A DNA stretch of 64,000 bases from a virus. The position numbers were made by a program, and so were the translations under genes. Shown one piece after another: positions 1 through 10,526 of this stretch (positions are counted from its first letter, which is position 1; each line of letters starts with the position of its first letter). Location: IMG/VR virus record IMGVR_UViG_3300000115_000005; one strand, 5' to 3'. The notes under the pieces were generated by a model. The model did not search any database. It was given only the letters and a program-made list of their open reading frames with translations, and was not told where the DNA came from.

Positions 1-749
1 GGAGTAGGTCCAGTATCAGAACCACCTCCACCACCTCCCGCTCTAGTTACAGATGCACCTGAAATAGAAGCAGCTGTTCCTGCTCCACCAGCACCGCCAC
101 CAGGAGTTGAATAATTTGCTCCTACAGCACTAGCGCCACCGCCTCCACCTCCATTTAAATATGATCCAGGTGCATGAAGTCCTTGACCACCATTATTTCC
201 TTGTGGGGGACTTGTAGGCGGAGTATTACCTGCACCTCCAGCAATAACAGCACCTCCAGTACCGCCACCTCCACCGCCGCCTGAACCTCCAACTTTACCT
301 GCAGCTCCATTACCAAAAGAACTTCCGCCACCACCACCAGTAGAAGTTAATGTAGTAAAAGGAGAAGGTGCGGATACAGAGCTATCAACACCATCTCCAC
401 CATAAGCTCCTCCTGCGGATCCACCAGCTCCTACGGTTGCTGTGTGATCTTTATCTTTAACCATAGAAAGTCCTGAACCGAATCTATATCCTCCAGCACC
501 ACCGCCTCCGCCACCACCTGGTCCTCCACCTCCAGCACCACCTGCAATTATTAAATATTCAACATCCATAGTTGCTGAAGGTGTAAAATCACCTGATGAT
601 GTAAATGTATGAACAGCGTTGGTACCATCAACTGTTTGAGTGCCACCAGTTGTGTTCGTGGCTACATTAACACTTGTTGATTGATCTATTGTATTTAAAC
701 CGTTTGGGTATTCAAAACCTTCAGGTCTGAAATTGAAAAATCCTGGCAT
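1..749 (-). CDS. Gly-rich virion/fibre-like protein (partial, runs off window start)
   Basis: Not in ORF track. Hand translation from ATG at 749 (TAATG overlap with upstream stop): MPGFFNFRPEGFEYPNGLNTIDQ...TGGTQTVDGTNAVHTFT...LIIAGGAGGG; paralog of 749..1753. Confidence 0.85.
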   Translation of the reverse strand, partial: MPGFFNFRPEGFEYPNGLNTIDQSTSVNVATNTTGGTQTVDGTNAVHTFTSSGDFTPSATMDVEYLIIAGGAGGGGPGGGGGGGAGGYRFGSGLSMVKDKDHTATVGAGGSAGGAYGGDGVDSSVSAPSPFTTLTSTGGGGGSSFGNGAAGKVGGSGGGGGGGTGGAVIAGGAGNTPPTSPPQGNNGGQGLHAPGSYLNGGGGGGASAVGANYSTPGGGAGGAGTAASISGASVTRAGGGGGGSDTGPT

Positions 750-1753
750 TAGCTAACTGGCCCTCCCGTTGCACCACCAATTGAATATTTTAAATCGGGT
801 GAAGGTGCTGTGTAAACATATCTTGCGAATCCTACTCCAGATCCACCAGCACCACCTGTTGTTGTTGTGCCTCCATCTGAACCCCCGCCACCGCCTCCAC
901 CAGTATTTACTGTTCCAGCAGTTCCAACTGGGCCGCCTCCGGCACCTGCACCTCCGCCGCCAGATCCTCCAGCCCCTCCAGGTCTACTACCTCCTGTTGT
1001 GCCACTTCCACCTCCGCCACCTGCTCTAGTTACAGATGAACCCGAAATAGATAATGCTGTCCCATTTCCTCCAGCTCCACCTGCACTACCTGGAGGTGGC
1101 GCTTCACCACCAACTGCTCCGGCACCGCCGCCTCCACCTCCTGTTGTCCATGTTGCATTATCGGAGTGACCAACACCGCCGTTGTTACCTTGTGGAGGAC
1201 TTGTAGATGGGGTATTTCCAGCTCCACCTGCATAAGCGTTATTAGGAAAACCACCGCCTCCGCCACCAGAACCTCCAGGTCCTCCAGCTGCTCTTGATCC
1301 TCCGTAACCACCGCCTGTTGAAACTATATCTGTAAAAGGTGATGGTGATGTAATAGATGAATCAGTACCTTTTGCTCCAGGATTAAATGCACTAGAACCA
1401 CCTGAACCAGCACCTCCACCTGCACCTATTGTAAATTTATATTCTTGATCTTTGACTAGAGAGAGACCTGAACTATATCTAAATCCACCTGCTCCCCCAC
1501 CAGCACCACCAGCGCCACCGCCTCCACCACCTGCAATTATTAAAAATTCTCCTGTTACAGCAAAACTTGGTTTAAAATTAGCAGTAGATGTGAAAGCGTG
1601 AACAGCGTTTGTGCCATCTATTGTTTGTGTGCCACCAGTTGTGTTTGTGGCCGCATTTGCTGTTCCTCCAGCATCAAAAGTATCTAATCCTATTGGATAT
1701 TGATAACCTTCGGGTCTACCCACTCTTTTAGTTGAAATTGAGAATACTGCCAT
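749..1753 (-). CDS. Gly-rich virion/fibre-like protein
   Basis: TGGT..VHAFT..LIIAGGGGGG..GGSGVGFARY domain typical of phage glycine-rich tail-associated proteins. Confidence 0.8.
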   Translation of the reverse strand: MAVFSISTKRVGRPEGYQYPIGLDTFDAGGTANAATNTTGGTQTIDGTNAVHAFTSTANFKPSFAVTGEFLIIAGGGGGGAGGAGGGAGGFRYSSGLSLVKDQEYKFTIGAGGGAGSGGSSAFNPGAKGTDSSITSPSPFTDIVSTGGGYGGSRAAGGPGGSGGGGGGFPNNAYAGGAGNTPSTSPPQGNNGGVGHSDNATWTTGGGGGGAGAVGGEAPPPGSAGGAGGNGTALSISGSSVTRAGGGGGSGTTGGSRPGGAGGSGGGGAGAGGGPVGTAGTVNTGGGGGGGSDGGTTTTGGAGGSGVGFARYVYTAPSPDLKYSIGGATGGPVS

Positions 1754-1765
1754 AATATCAGCCTA

Positions 1766-2095
1766 TTAAGAAATTTCAGAACCAAATGCACTAAATGTTA
1801 CACCTAAAGTTGAAGTGTTTACCCTTATTTTATCAGCTGCATTTAAAGCTATACCTAAGGTAACTCCTATTGAATCAGCTTGTGGCACGGCGCCACCTCT
1901 TATGATGAAATGTGCATCATTAGCTGTTGCACCATCTGGCGCTATTGCTATTGAATACGAGGCATTTACAGCCGTTTGATTACAAACTGCTATTGTGGAT
2001 ACCACACACTCAGTTGAACTTGGTACTGTATATAAGTCTGCAAGTACATTTGCACCCGGTCTTAATTGTCCTAATACTTTATAATTCGTTGCCAT
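1766..2095 (-). CDS. small beta-rich virion-associated protein
   Basis: LYTVP..S..V.N..S.E pattern, paralogous to 3658..3975; in structural operon. Confidence 0.6.
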   Translation of the reverse strand: MATNYKVLGQLRPGANVLADLYTVPSSTECVVSTIAVCNQTAVNASYSIAIAPDGATANDAHFIIRGGAVPQADSIGVTLGIALNAADKIRVNTSTLGVTFSAFGSEIS

Positions 2096-2111
2096 TTTTT
2101 ATGTCCTAAGT

Positions 2112-2624
2112 TTATCCTGTGAAAAATAATCCGTTGATACCTGCTTCTGGTATGTCTACTGTTACATTTGAGGCTAAAGTTATTTGACCTGAAGCATCTA
2201 CTGTAATAGCAGGTATTTTACTAGCAGAACCATAAGTTTTTGCTACTACTCCTGTATTAGCTATTTTGTTCCTAGAAACCGTATTGGCTGTAATTTTTTC
2301 ATCAGTAACAGCGCCTGTAGCTAACTTAGAAGTTGTTATCGAACCATCGGAAACTGTAACTAAAGAACTTAAAGAACCCTGAGCGATATGAACTACCTCA
2401 ATGTTTTTTGTTCCGGTTGCTGGTATAAATCCAGCATTAAATGTTAAGGTTGTACCATTTAATGTGTAAGCGGCTACGTTTTGACGAGCACCTCCAACAA
2501 ATACAAGCAAAGATGTTTTACTTGCAGGAGCTACACTTAAAGTGAAATCATCTTCTGATCCATCACCATTAAAATTATCAACAATAAAATTTGCGGTTCT
2601 TGGTTCGTTCCCTAAGTAAGCCAA
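2112..2624 (-). CDS. putative tail fibre/virion structural protein
   Basis: MAYLGNEP start, GDGS..FTL, DGSITTSKLA repeat, YGSASKIPAITVD motif; paralog of 3090..3656. Confidence 0.6.
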   Translation of the reverse strand: MAYLGNEPRTANFIVDNFNGDGSEDDFTLSVAPASKTSLLVFVGGARQNVAAYTLNGTTLTFNAGFIPATGTKNIEVVHIAQGSLSSLVTVSDGSITTSKLATGAVTDEKITANTVSRNKIANTGVVAKTYGSASKIPAITVDASGQITLASNVTVDIPEAGINGLFFTG

Positions 2625-2634
2625 TTTTTATCCT

Positions 2635-3078
2635 TTAACTATATATTTTAATCCAGCCGGTCTGATTATTTGCTTGATAAGCATTTTCATCCCACTGGTA
2701 AGACTCTGAATTTGCTACATTAGCATCAGATGGCATTTCATATGGTGGATTCCAACTAAAAGTAGTATTACTAACAACCCAACTATTCCATTGATTATTA
2801 GCTCTTGGTGATACGAAAGCATCTTTACCTGTGCCATTTACATTAGCTATATAATCATAACCTACACCAGCATAATTGCCTCTTAATGGCGTACCACCAT
2901 CTGGTAGATATTCACCATTAGCTGCTACTCCATAATGTACGTTCTGTGCTGTGTTATATGATGTTTGTATCCATCTATTAGCAGGACCAACTGACCCAGA
3001 ATTTATAAAATCTTGTTCAGCTACTATAACACGAATGACTGTGTTTGTATCTGGATTCACCTCTGCGAAATGTGACAT
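2635..3078 (-). CDS. conserved phage protein that accompanies Gly-rich fibre genes
   Basis: MSHFAEV..VIRVIVA..WIQTSYN..RGNYAGVGY..WDE motif family. Confidence 0.65.
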   Translation of the reverse strand: MSHFAEVNPDTNTVIRVIVAEQDFINSGSVGPANRWIQTSYNTAQNVHYGVAANGEYLPDGGTPLRGNYAGVGYDYIANVNGTGKDAFVSPRANNQWNSWVVSNTTFSWNPPYEMPSDANVANSESYQWDENAYQANNQTGWIKIYS

Positions 3079-3089
3079 CTTTCCTTCTC

Positions 3090-3656
3090 CTATGTTTTAA
3101 TAAAAATAATATTATTAGATTCTTTATATAATCGACCAGCAGCTACTGAACCACCTCCAGTAGGTATACCTGAAAAATCTAAATCTTTTACATTTAAATT
3201 TGCTACGTTACTTATTCTACCTTTAGTGCTTACTTCAATTGTTCCGACAACTAAATTAGCACCTGCAAAATTACCAAATTTTCCAGAGTATATAAATGGA
3301 AAAGTTGTTGATAATTTTTCGTCTGTAACAGCATCTGTTTCAAGTTTTCTTGTAGTAACTGAACGATCATCAGGATTTATCGTTGCAAATCTTTGTTTTT
3401 CTCTGTTTATAATTACTATGCCTCGACCATCTGGTGGCGCTTCGATAAAATTGATTGTACTATTAGCTGAGGTTACAACATAAGCTTGATTTGCACCAAA
3501 TTGTTGATGTACATTAGCAACCCATACATCAAGATCAAAACCATCAGAAATACTTGCTCCTATACCAAAGTCTTTTGTCGATCCATCACCTTCATATGTA
3601 GCTACAGCTTTAGTAAATAGTTCATTTTCAGGTGAACGACCAATATATGATCCCAT
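3090..3656 (-). CDS. putative tail fibre/virion structural protein
   Basis: YIGRSP start, GDGSTKDF, AVTDEKL repeat shared with 2112..2624. Confidence 0.6.
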   Translation of the reverse strand: MGSYIGRSPENELFTKAVATYEGDGSTKDFGIGASISDGFDLDVWVANVHQQFGANQAYVVTSANSTINFIEAPPDGRGIVIINREKQRFATINPDDRSVTTRKLETDAVTDEKLSTTFPFIYSGKFGNFAGANLVVGTIEVSTKGRISNVANLNVKDLDFSGIPTGGGSVAAGRLYKESNNIIFIKT

Positions 3657-3657
3657 A

Positions 3658-3975
3658 TTACGTTATCTCCAAAGCTGATAAAATTATATCACAATTTCCA
3701 GAACAAGATACTGATAATGTATCACTAGCTTCCATCACAACTTTTTGATCATTTCCTATAGGAACTAGAGAACCACCTGTTGGTATAGTTGCATCTTTAA
3801 TCATGTGAAAATTAGTACCACCAATATTCAAATGTACATTTGATGTTACAGAACTAGCAGTTTTGTTTGCAATTGTCATGCCAATAAGGGTAGCTTGAGT
3901 GGCAGCCGGCGTAGTGTAGACAACCGTATTTGATGATACGTTTGATGCTGGATAGTTTTTGAAAGTATTTGCCAT
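3658..3975 (-). CDS. small beta-rich virion-associated protein
   Basis: MANTFKN..VYTTP..KVVMEASD..LEIT pattern; paralog of 1766..2095. Confidence 0.6.
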   Translation of the reverse strand: MANTFKNYPASNVSSNTVVYTTPAATQATLIGMTIANKTASSVTSNVHLNIGGTNFHMIKDATIPTGGSLVPIGNDQKVVMEASDTLSVSCSGNCDIILSALEIT

Positions 3976-3996
3976 TTCTTATTTATTCCCTTTTTT

Positions 3997-4764
3997 TTAA
4001 CTTAAAGCAATTGCAAGTGATAAAGCATCATCTGTTATTGAGTTAGCTTTGGCCTCAATTACTCTAGTTCTATTACCTATGTATATTCTACCGACCATAG
4101 CAGCTGCGTGAGCAGTACATTGATAGTAATATGTTTTTCCATCGCCAGCCGTATTTGCCGGAACTTTCCAGTACAATATGCCTTTATTCTTTTTTTGAGC
4201 ATCACCAGATTTTGAAATTATAAGTGATCCATTCGACTCAGTTTGAACATGAGTTAAACCCACATTATAAAAAGCATTACCATTAGGTTCTAAAGCTGAA
4301 TGTCCAACTGTACGAATTACAAAAGGATGAACACCGTTTAATTTTTGTAAATCGAAAGCGTATGTATTACCAGCTTGAAAATCAAGATCAGGATTATCTC
4401 CTATTGCTTGATCAAAAATATAAGCCGAAGATCCTTTATTATGCACAGAAATTCTTGAAGCTACAGCACCTGATGTGTTAGCTGAAAATTGATAGAGGCC
4501 ATTTATATCTAAACCTAAATTAGCAGCTGAAACACCACCTTGTATAACAACATTACCATTTGTTGTAATATTGTCAAACTCTCCTACCGATAAATTCAGA
4601 TTACCTGTTACATCTAAACTACCATCAACTTTTATATCGCTATTTAAAGTAAAAGTACCATCTGTGCCTTCTGTTAAGGCATTGATCTTGGTTACGGTTT
4701 CATCAGTTGTAGAAACGTGTTGTTGAAATGTATTAGATGTTGTTACTCTATTAATTATAGCCAT
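3997..4764 (-). CDS. virion/fibre protein with cupredoxin-like C-terminal domain
   Basis: N-terminal TSNTFQQ...KINAL fibre-type start; HPF plus YYQCTAHAAAMVG motif. Confidence 0.6.
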   Translation of the reverse strand: MAIINRVTTSNTFQQHVSTTDETVTKINALTEGTDGTFTLNSDIKVDGSLDVTGNLNLSVGEFDNITTNGNVVIQGGVSAANLGLDINGLYQFSANTSGAVASRISVHNKGSSAYIFDQAIGDNPDLDFQAGNTYAFDLQKLNGVHPFVIRTVGHSALEPNGNAFYNVGLTHVQTESNGSLIISKSGDAQKKNKGILYWKVPANTAGDGKTYYYQCTAHAAAMVGRIYIGNRTRVIEAKANSITDDALSLAIALS

Positions 4765-4767
4765 TTT

Positions 4768-4977
4768 TTATCTCTTTGCCACTATTTGTTGTAAAAGTAT
4801 TTTTACTTCTTCTAAATTATTTTTAATAATATCCACTTCTTGAGTTAAAGTTTTTATTGTAATATCTTTATCTCTTTCTTTCTTTACTTTGTTTAATTTT
4901 AATAAATCAGTATTCAAAACAGCCTTCGATCTTGAATCTCTTAAAAGAGTTGGATGTTCTTTTACTTTGTACATCAT
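4768..4977 (-). CDS. small conserved coiled-coil protein downstream of giant virion protein
   Basis: KVKEHPTLLRD..SKAVLN motif and position. Confidence 0.6.
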   Translation of the reverse strand: MMYKVKEHPTLLRDSRSKAVLNTDLLKLNKVKKERDKDITIKTLTQEVDIIKNNLEEVKILLQQIVAKR

Positions 4978-7900
4978 GTTAATGCAATAGCTCTAAGGTT
5001 TTTAACCGTAGGCGGTTTAGCTGTATTATCAGTAAAGAAAACAATCTTAATTGAGAAAAATCTAAATGTATCAAAAGTCGCTCCTGCTGAAGAGTATGTA
5101 ACATCTTCTGCCATATATTCACAATCATAATATTGTGTTATACTTTGACTTGTAGTAGTAGGTGTCATTTGATTCATTTCAGTATAAGGTAAATCATCAA
5201 AAATTGTAGACTCATCTGATTCAGATTGTATTCTATAAAATACTTTGATCGAAGATCCTTCAGGTAAATTTTTAGATAATATTACTCTCAATGATGTTGC
5301 ATCAAAACCTTCTGTTAGAGTAACTTTTCTAGTGATATATTTAGATGTTGCACCACCGCCACTACTGGTTTCAGGTCTTGCTACCACTGCTGTATTAGAA
5401 CTAGAATTGACTAGATTTTCTACAAATACAAATCTAGCTCTATCTAATTCAAAAGTTGGTGTAACATCAGCATTTGTAGATGACATTATAATTTGTAAGT
5501 TTGCATCATTACCGTTTTTATATTCTTTTCTATTTTCTAAGTAAGTATCTGAATTGGGTAGTGTTGATACATAAGCGTCCAGACCACTAGCACCAGCTGT
5601 TTTAAGGCCTAAATTAAATGATACACTTGTCTTATCAGAAAAGGTTTCAAATGGTGCATTAATTCTCACTAAGTCTACATTTTGATCTGGTAATATATTT
5701 TTCTGTGGTTCAACGATTGCCGTAAAGTTACCTGATGTATCAAACTGAGCTTGATGAATTATAAAACACAAATCAGATTCTTGAGCTGCGGTCCATGTTG
5801 AGGCATTTTGTGATTTAAACAAAGATCCCATATATGGTTGTGAAACAATTGATTGTCCAGTATCTAATCTATTTTGACCAACTGTTGCAATATAAACATT
5901 GTACTCAAATGAACTTGTTAAAAGAACCATTGAATATTGATCTGGTTCTAAGAATACTGGTTTATCGAAAGTAAATCTCGTTGGTTCTGGAATATTAGGA
6001 TCACTTGGTATAACTACATCACTAGGATTCTTTGATACTTTTGACTTAGCAATTATAGTTTCAGATGGGTAACCATTTAAAACTTTTCTTATTTCAAAGT
6101 GTACAGGTAAAGTAGCATCTTTTGATGCAAAGAATATATCAACTGAAGTTATGAATATACCTTTTGGATTTGTAAACTCATTTACAAAGAATGTTTGTGC
6201 AAGTGGGTCTACACCTAGTGGACATTCATTTTTTCCTTTAAATTCAGGTGAGGCCTCGAAGATTGTAGTTAAACTAGCTGAAAGGGTTCCTGGTGTGAAA
6301 GCATCTATCTCACCATTTTCTATTCTTTCCATATAGTATTGCATACCAGCTTTATCTGGTTTACGACCTAAAACAGCTGAATAAGTATCTCTAATTATTT
6401 GCTCAGATATACCAAAGGTTGCATCAGTAACATCACTATCACCAGCACCACCATTTGCAGGTAGTTCTGCTCTAGCTTCAGCAACTGTTTGACAATTTGG
6501 TGTCTTTTTATCATCATCCTCCTGAAAAGCACATTCTGTTGATACAGGCGTAACTAGTGCAGGTGGGTCATTTCGTACCTCTACTACTGGTGGTATTATT
6601 CTTGATTTTGGTGTGCCAGAATAATATCTAGTTTCTGCAAAGGTTGAGAAAACATTAGGTGATGCGATAGAATCGGAGAAAAATATCTGATGTTCACCAG
6701 CTGCAAATTGTCGATTAACTGCCTCATTATTTGGTATAACTAATCTACCTTTTGCAAAACCTTGATCGTCAGAAATAATTAAACATTTTTTAGGAGCCGT
6801 TTCAAAAGCATTTGTTGTTGTATTAAATGCTCTTAATCTATCTGATACATTTTTACCATCTAAGAAAGCATGAACTTCTGTATTTGGCCTGTAACCAAAT
6901 ATTTCAAAATCAATATTCTCAGCTGACATATAGTAAAAAATTCTATCTGTTTCTGTTTTTGTTGATTGACTTGATGCTTCTTCAGCTGAAGTTGTCGTAG
7001 AAACTTTTGCACCATTTTTATCATAGTATGTATATTTTCTTGTAGTATCATTATTAAATGATAAAAGATCCCATTCACTCCATACTGAGCCTTGAAAATT
7101 TACTCCAAATTCGTAGTTATCTGAATTACCATCACGATTACTTACTACAATAGGTCTAGAATCAAAGTCTGCATAATTAGTTACATCTGCTGCAAGTTTA
7201 ACATAACCTACAAATGAAACAACATTAAATGGGTTTATATTAACTGAAGTTGAAGCAACATTTTGAGCACTATATACTTGCTCGGTAAATGGTAATGTAA
7301 TAGTATTACCCGTAACTTTTGCTGTTGTACCAGCTGCTATTACAGTTGCATTTGTACCATTTGCTTTGAATCTTGGATGTAATATTTGATTACCATAATC
7401 AATAGAACATTTGTAATCATCATTTAAAACATCACCTACACTATGGCCTTTAAAGTCATCAACTAAGAATCCATTGTTTATAAGTTGAACATTATTATTA
7501 CTGAAAAATGTTGAAGTAGCTATTTCAGATTCTAATAAATTAAGAGCTGTATAATATTCTACTCTCGATAAACGATCATCAATACCACCAATGTCTTTCA
7601 TTGTATATCTTTTATTTTTTACAATATCAACTGTTACGTTACTTGTTTGAAATGTAAAAGGTGGAAATGTCAATTTATATAAAGACATAGAATCAGGATC
7701 ATCTAATGGTGTAGGTGGGTTATTTAAGGCACTATCACCTTCTATAACTCTAAATTTACCATCAAATCCTAAAACAACTTTATCAACTCTACTTAGATAA
7801 TAATTTAAATCAACATCTGCTGATCCAACTCTACTATCAACAATTTGATTTCTTGTAAATGTCATTGCTGTATTACTATAAACATTTGAAGCTTCAACAT

Positions 7901-10517
7901 CTACTCGAAGTGGTCTGAAATCTATTGAATCTCTCAACTCTATTTTATTACCTTTATTGGTAATATATTGAGGTATATCAGTATAACTTGGGTACGAATT
8001 CGCATCAAAATGACCTAAACCAGTATGTGTAAATCTTGTATATGTTACATTAACTTTACCTGTGTTTACAACGCCTATGGAACTTGGTTTTTTCTTTATA
8101 CTAGCATGATCGTAAAAACCATCTCTCTGGCCAGTATCAATCACAAATGAAGATAATACATTTACATTTGAAGTACCAGGTAAATCTGTTCCACTAGCAA
8201 TGAATATACCAGTAACATTTGTAACATCAGTAACACCTAATGAATGTAATGTTGTTGAATTATTTGTAAGTGCATCAAATAATTTGAAATGACTATTAGC
8301 AGTTTTTGTTCTTCTAGCTGCATCTGTTATATCAAGTGTTGCAAGTATATCTGCTGTACCATCAAAAGCATCATCACCTAAATCAATCGTTGCAGTAGCA
8401 GGCGATCCCGAGGTAGGAGTTGGTAGTGTAATTGTTACCTCACTATTTGCCATATTTACTACTGAATTTGTTGTATAAGAAGGTGTTCCACCTGTTCGTA
8501 TTGTAATTGCGTAAAAAGTATTTTTCGTTGATGCACTACCAGCAGTTTTAAATCTCTCTGTGCCATCAGATGTTGAAATTGAAGCGACACCATCAGTAAA
8601 TGAAACAGTTTTGAATACTCTTCTTGCATTATAATCAATTTGATTTATTTTAGCTACAGTAGCATAAGCACCTGGAAAAACTGAAGCTGTTTCATTACTT
8701 TCTTGAAGTGTGGATCTTTTAAACGTATAAGTGTTTGTTGATTCTTTACTGAAAGGTTTTTGTAAAGAACCATTTACTGGAGCTGATAGTGTAAGATTAG
8801 ATCCAGCAATTGCTGTGACATGAATAGATCGTTCTGTTTCTCCTGTTATTCCAGTAAAAGAAGATACATTGTGACCAAAAACTTCATCGCCAATTTGAAT
8901 TCCATCTGCATCTGAAACAATCAAGTGATCACTATTATTTACAATCGTTCCTGGAGTTTGTATAGTTGTTATTGATGATGATTCGACATTTGAATTTGCA
9001 GCCAATCCACCAGATAGTTCAGTACCAATAACTGATTTTGCCATTGAAAGTGGTAAAAATTGACCACCTGAGTTAGCAAGTCTTTTAAGACCAAATAAAT
9101 GTAATTTATGAATAGCATCAAGGCCATTACCACTTACATATACTTGATTCTTTACATACGCCTCAGCGATTTGTGTTCTTGCATTTACAACTGTATTTGA
9201 AGAATGTAATACAACTCTTTCGGATGTATTTGAATTATATATTGAATTATTTGATAGGTGTATGTGTAAAAAATTACCATATTCAGTAGGTAAATCATAT
9301 CCTACAACCGAATCTTGATCTTGCGACCTTTTAACAGCCAACCTTGTAACATCATTTGTTTTATCTATTTCATAACCTTTTACATATGCTTTTCCTTTTG
9401 ATATGTTTAAGATAAAACTTCCTGAATTACCAAGTGGTGTTAGTCTAGGCTCTAGACCATCTACAATATAATCGCCTGACTCATCAAAGGTTCTTCTTGC
9501 AAGTGTTCGACCTAAATCAGAATATTTTGTACCTGAAAGGTCTTTAACTAATTGACCATTTCTAAATCTTACCAATTCGATATATTTGTTTGTTTGTAAA
9601 CTAGGTAATGAATTTGTATTAGAGTCTAAATCTTTTTTAGTTAGGGTAAGTGATATTTTAAGCCTATCACCACCTGGTGCTAGATAATTTGAAGAATCTA
9701 AAGAAGGATCTAATAATGAAGTATCAGTAGTTGATGTTACTGTATTTTCTACAACATCAAAACCTACACTTACATTTGCATTTGAACCATATTTGTCAGC
9801 AGCTATAATTTGTCTTTGATTTTTTGCAAAAATACCACTTGTAAAGAAAACACCCTCATCAACACCTAATAATTTAGCAGGGCTTTCAGGATAAATGCCA
9901 CTTCCATTTGCTCCAATTTGAGTTGTAACTGTTGTAATTAAATTTGCTGGTGCTACATCAGATGTTGAAAACACTTGCAAATTAGCTGAATTTTGAATTG
10001 TAGTATTTGCATTTTGTAATTCCATAGTGGAATTTGAAGTTGATCCACCTATGTTTACATTAGTTGTTCTTAGATAAGAAACATATAAGGTATCTGGATC
10101 TGTGCCTATAGCTGGATCTGCATGATGAACAAAATAAATATTTTTAACATTTGCGAGTTGAACATTAGCCGTATTTGCTGTAATATACTTATTTACAAGA
10201 CTAGAAACATTAATTGATGAACTTTCAAAAGTAGATTCTAACTTAACAGAACGTGCTGTAGGTTTTTGACTATTTTCAATATTTTGTAATTTTCTACCGA
10301 ACTCAGGAACAGAAAATATTTCCGCACCAGTAACTCTAGAACCATCTTTGAATATATGATCACCAAATTTTTTGACTTGATCTTGAAGTATGGTTTGTGA
10401 TTGTGTTAATTCACGAGCTTGAACTGCTCTACCAGGTTGAAAAAGAATTCTATAAAATCTTTTATCTTCATCAAAATCGTCATAGTAGGGTGTTACATTA
10501 AAATTTGTTGTAGTCAT
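4974..10517 (-). CDS. large virion structural protein (DUF4815/VrlC-like)
   Basis: FNVTPYYDDFD..ILFQPGRAVQARELTQ N-terminus, ARRTFDESGDY, DPLAQTF, SLFKSQNASTW motifs. Confidence 0.85.
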   Translation of the reverse strand: MTTTNFNVTPYYDDFDEDKRFYRILFQPGRAVQARELTQSQTILQDQVKKFGDHIFKDGSRVTGAEIFSVPEFGRKLQNIENSQKPTARSVKLESTFESSSINVSSLVNKYITANTANVQLANVKNIYFVHHADPAIGTDPDTLYVSYLRTTNVNIGGSTSNSTMELQNANTTIQNSANLQVFSTSDVAPANLITTVTTQIGANGSGIYPESPAKLLGVDEGVFFTSGIFAKNQRQIIAADKYGSNANVSVGFDVVENTVTSTTDTSLLDPSLDSSNYLAPGGDRLKISLTLTKKDLDSNTNSLPSLQTNKYIELVRFRNGQLVKDLSGTKYSDLGRTLARRTFDESGDYIVDGLEPRLTPLGNSGSFILNISKGKAYVKGYEIDKTNDVTRLAVKRSQDQDSVVGYDLPTEYGNFLHIHLSNNSIYNSNTSERVVLHSSNTVVNARTQIAEAYVKNQVYVSGNGLDAIHKLHLFGLKRLANSGGQFLPLSMAKSVIGTELSGGLAANSNVESSSITTIQTPGTIVNNSDHLIVSDADGIQIGDEVFGHNVSSFTGITGETERSIHVTAIAGSNLTLSAPVNGSLQKPFSKESTNTYTFKRSTLQESNETASVFPGAYATVAKINQIDYNARRVFKTVSFTDGVASISTSDGTERFKTAGSASTKNTFYAITIRTGGTPSYTTNSVVNMANSEVTITLPTPTSGSPATATIDLGDDAFDGTADILATLDITDAARRTKTANSHFKLFDALTNNSTTLHSLGVTDVTNVTGIFIASGTDLPGTSNVNVLSSFVIDTGQRDGFYDHASIKKKPSSIGVVNTGKVNVTYTRFTHTGLGHFDANSYPSYTDIPQYITNKGNKIELRDSIDFRPLRVDVEASNVYSNTAMTFTRNQIVDSRVGSADVDLNYYLSRVDKVVLGFDGKFRVIEGDSALNNPPTPLDDPDSMSLYKLTFPPFTFQTSNVTVDIVKNKRYTMKDIGGIDDRLSRVEYYTALNLLESEIATSTFFSNNNVQLINNGFLVDDFKGHSVGDVLNDDYKCSIDYGNQILHPRFKANGTNATVIAAGTTAKVTGNTITLPFTEQVYSAQNVASTSVNINPFNVVSFVGYVKLAADVTNYADFDSRPIVVSNRDGNSDNYEFGVNFQGSVWSEWDLLSFNNDTTRKYTYYDKNGAKVSTTTSAEEASSQSTKTETDRIFYYMSAENIDFEIFGYRPNTEVHAFLDGKNVSDRLRAFNTTTNAFETAPKKCLIISDDQGFAKGRLVIPNNEAVNRQFAAGEHQIFFSDSIASPNVFSTFAETRYYSGTPKSRIIPPVVEVRNDPPALVTPVSTECAFQEDDDKKTPNCQTVAEARAELPANGGAGDSDVTDATFGISEQIIRDTYSAVLGRKPDKAGMQYYMERIENGEIDAFTPGTLSASLTTIFEASPEFKGKNECPLGVDPLAQTFFVNEFTNPKGIFITSVDIFFASKDATLPVHFEIRKVLNGYPSETIIAKSKVSKNPSDVVIPSDPNIPEPTRFTFDKPVFLEPDQYSMVLLTSSFEYNVYIATVGQNRLDTGQSIVSQPYMGSLFKSQNASTWTAAQESDLCFIIHQAQFDTSGNFTAIVEPQKNILPDQNVDLVRINAPFETFSDKTSVSFNLGLKTAGASGLDAYVSTLPNSDTYLENRKEYKNGNDANLQIIMSSTNADVTPTFELDRARFVFVENLVNSSSNTAVVARPETSSGGGATSKYITRKVTLTEGFDATSLRVILSKNLPEGSSIKVFYRIQSESDESTIFDDLPYTEMNQMTPTTTSQSITQYYDCEYMAEDVTYSSAGATFDTFRFFSIKIVFFTDNTAKPPTVKNLRAIALT

Positions 10518-10526
10518 TATCTACCT

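Noticed and set aside
155-1311. Pro-rich, His-rich and Val/Glu-rich ORFs (155..337, 769..1029, 867..1169, 1030..1311)
   Set aside because: Alternate-frame or antisense shadows of GGN-rich Gly codons in the real genes
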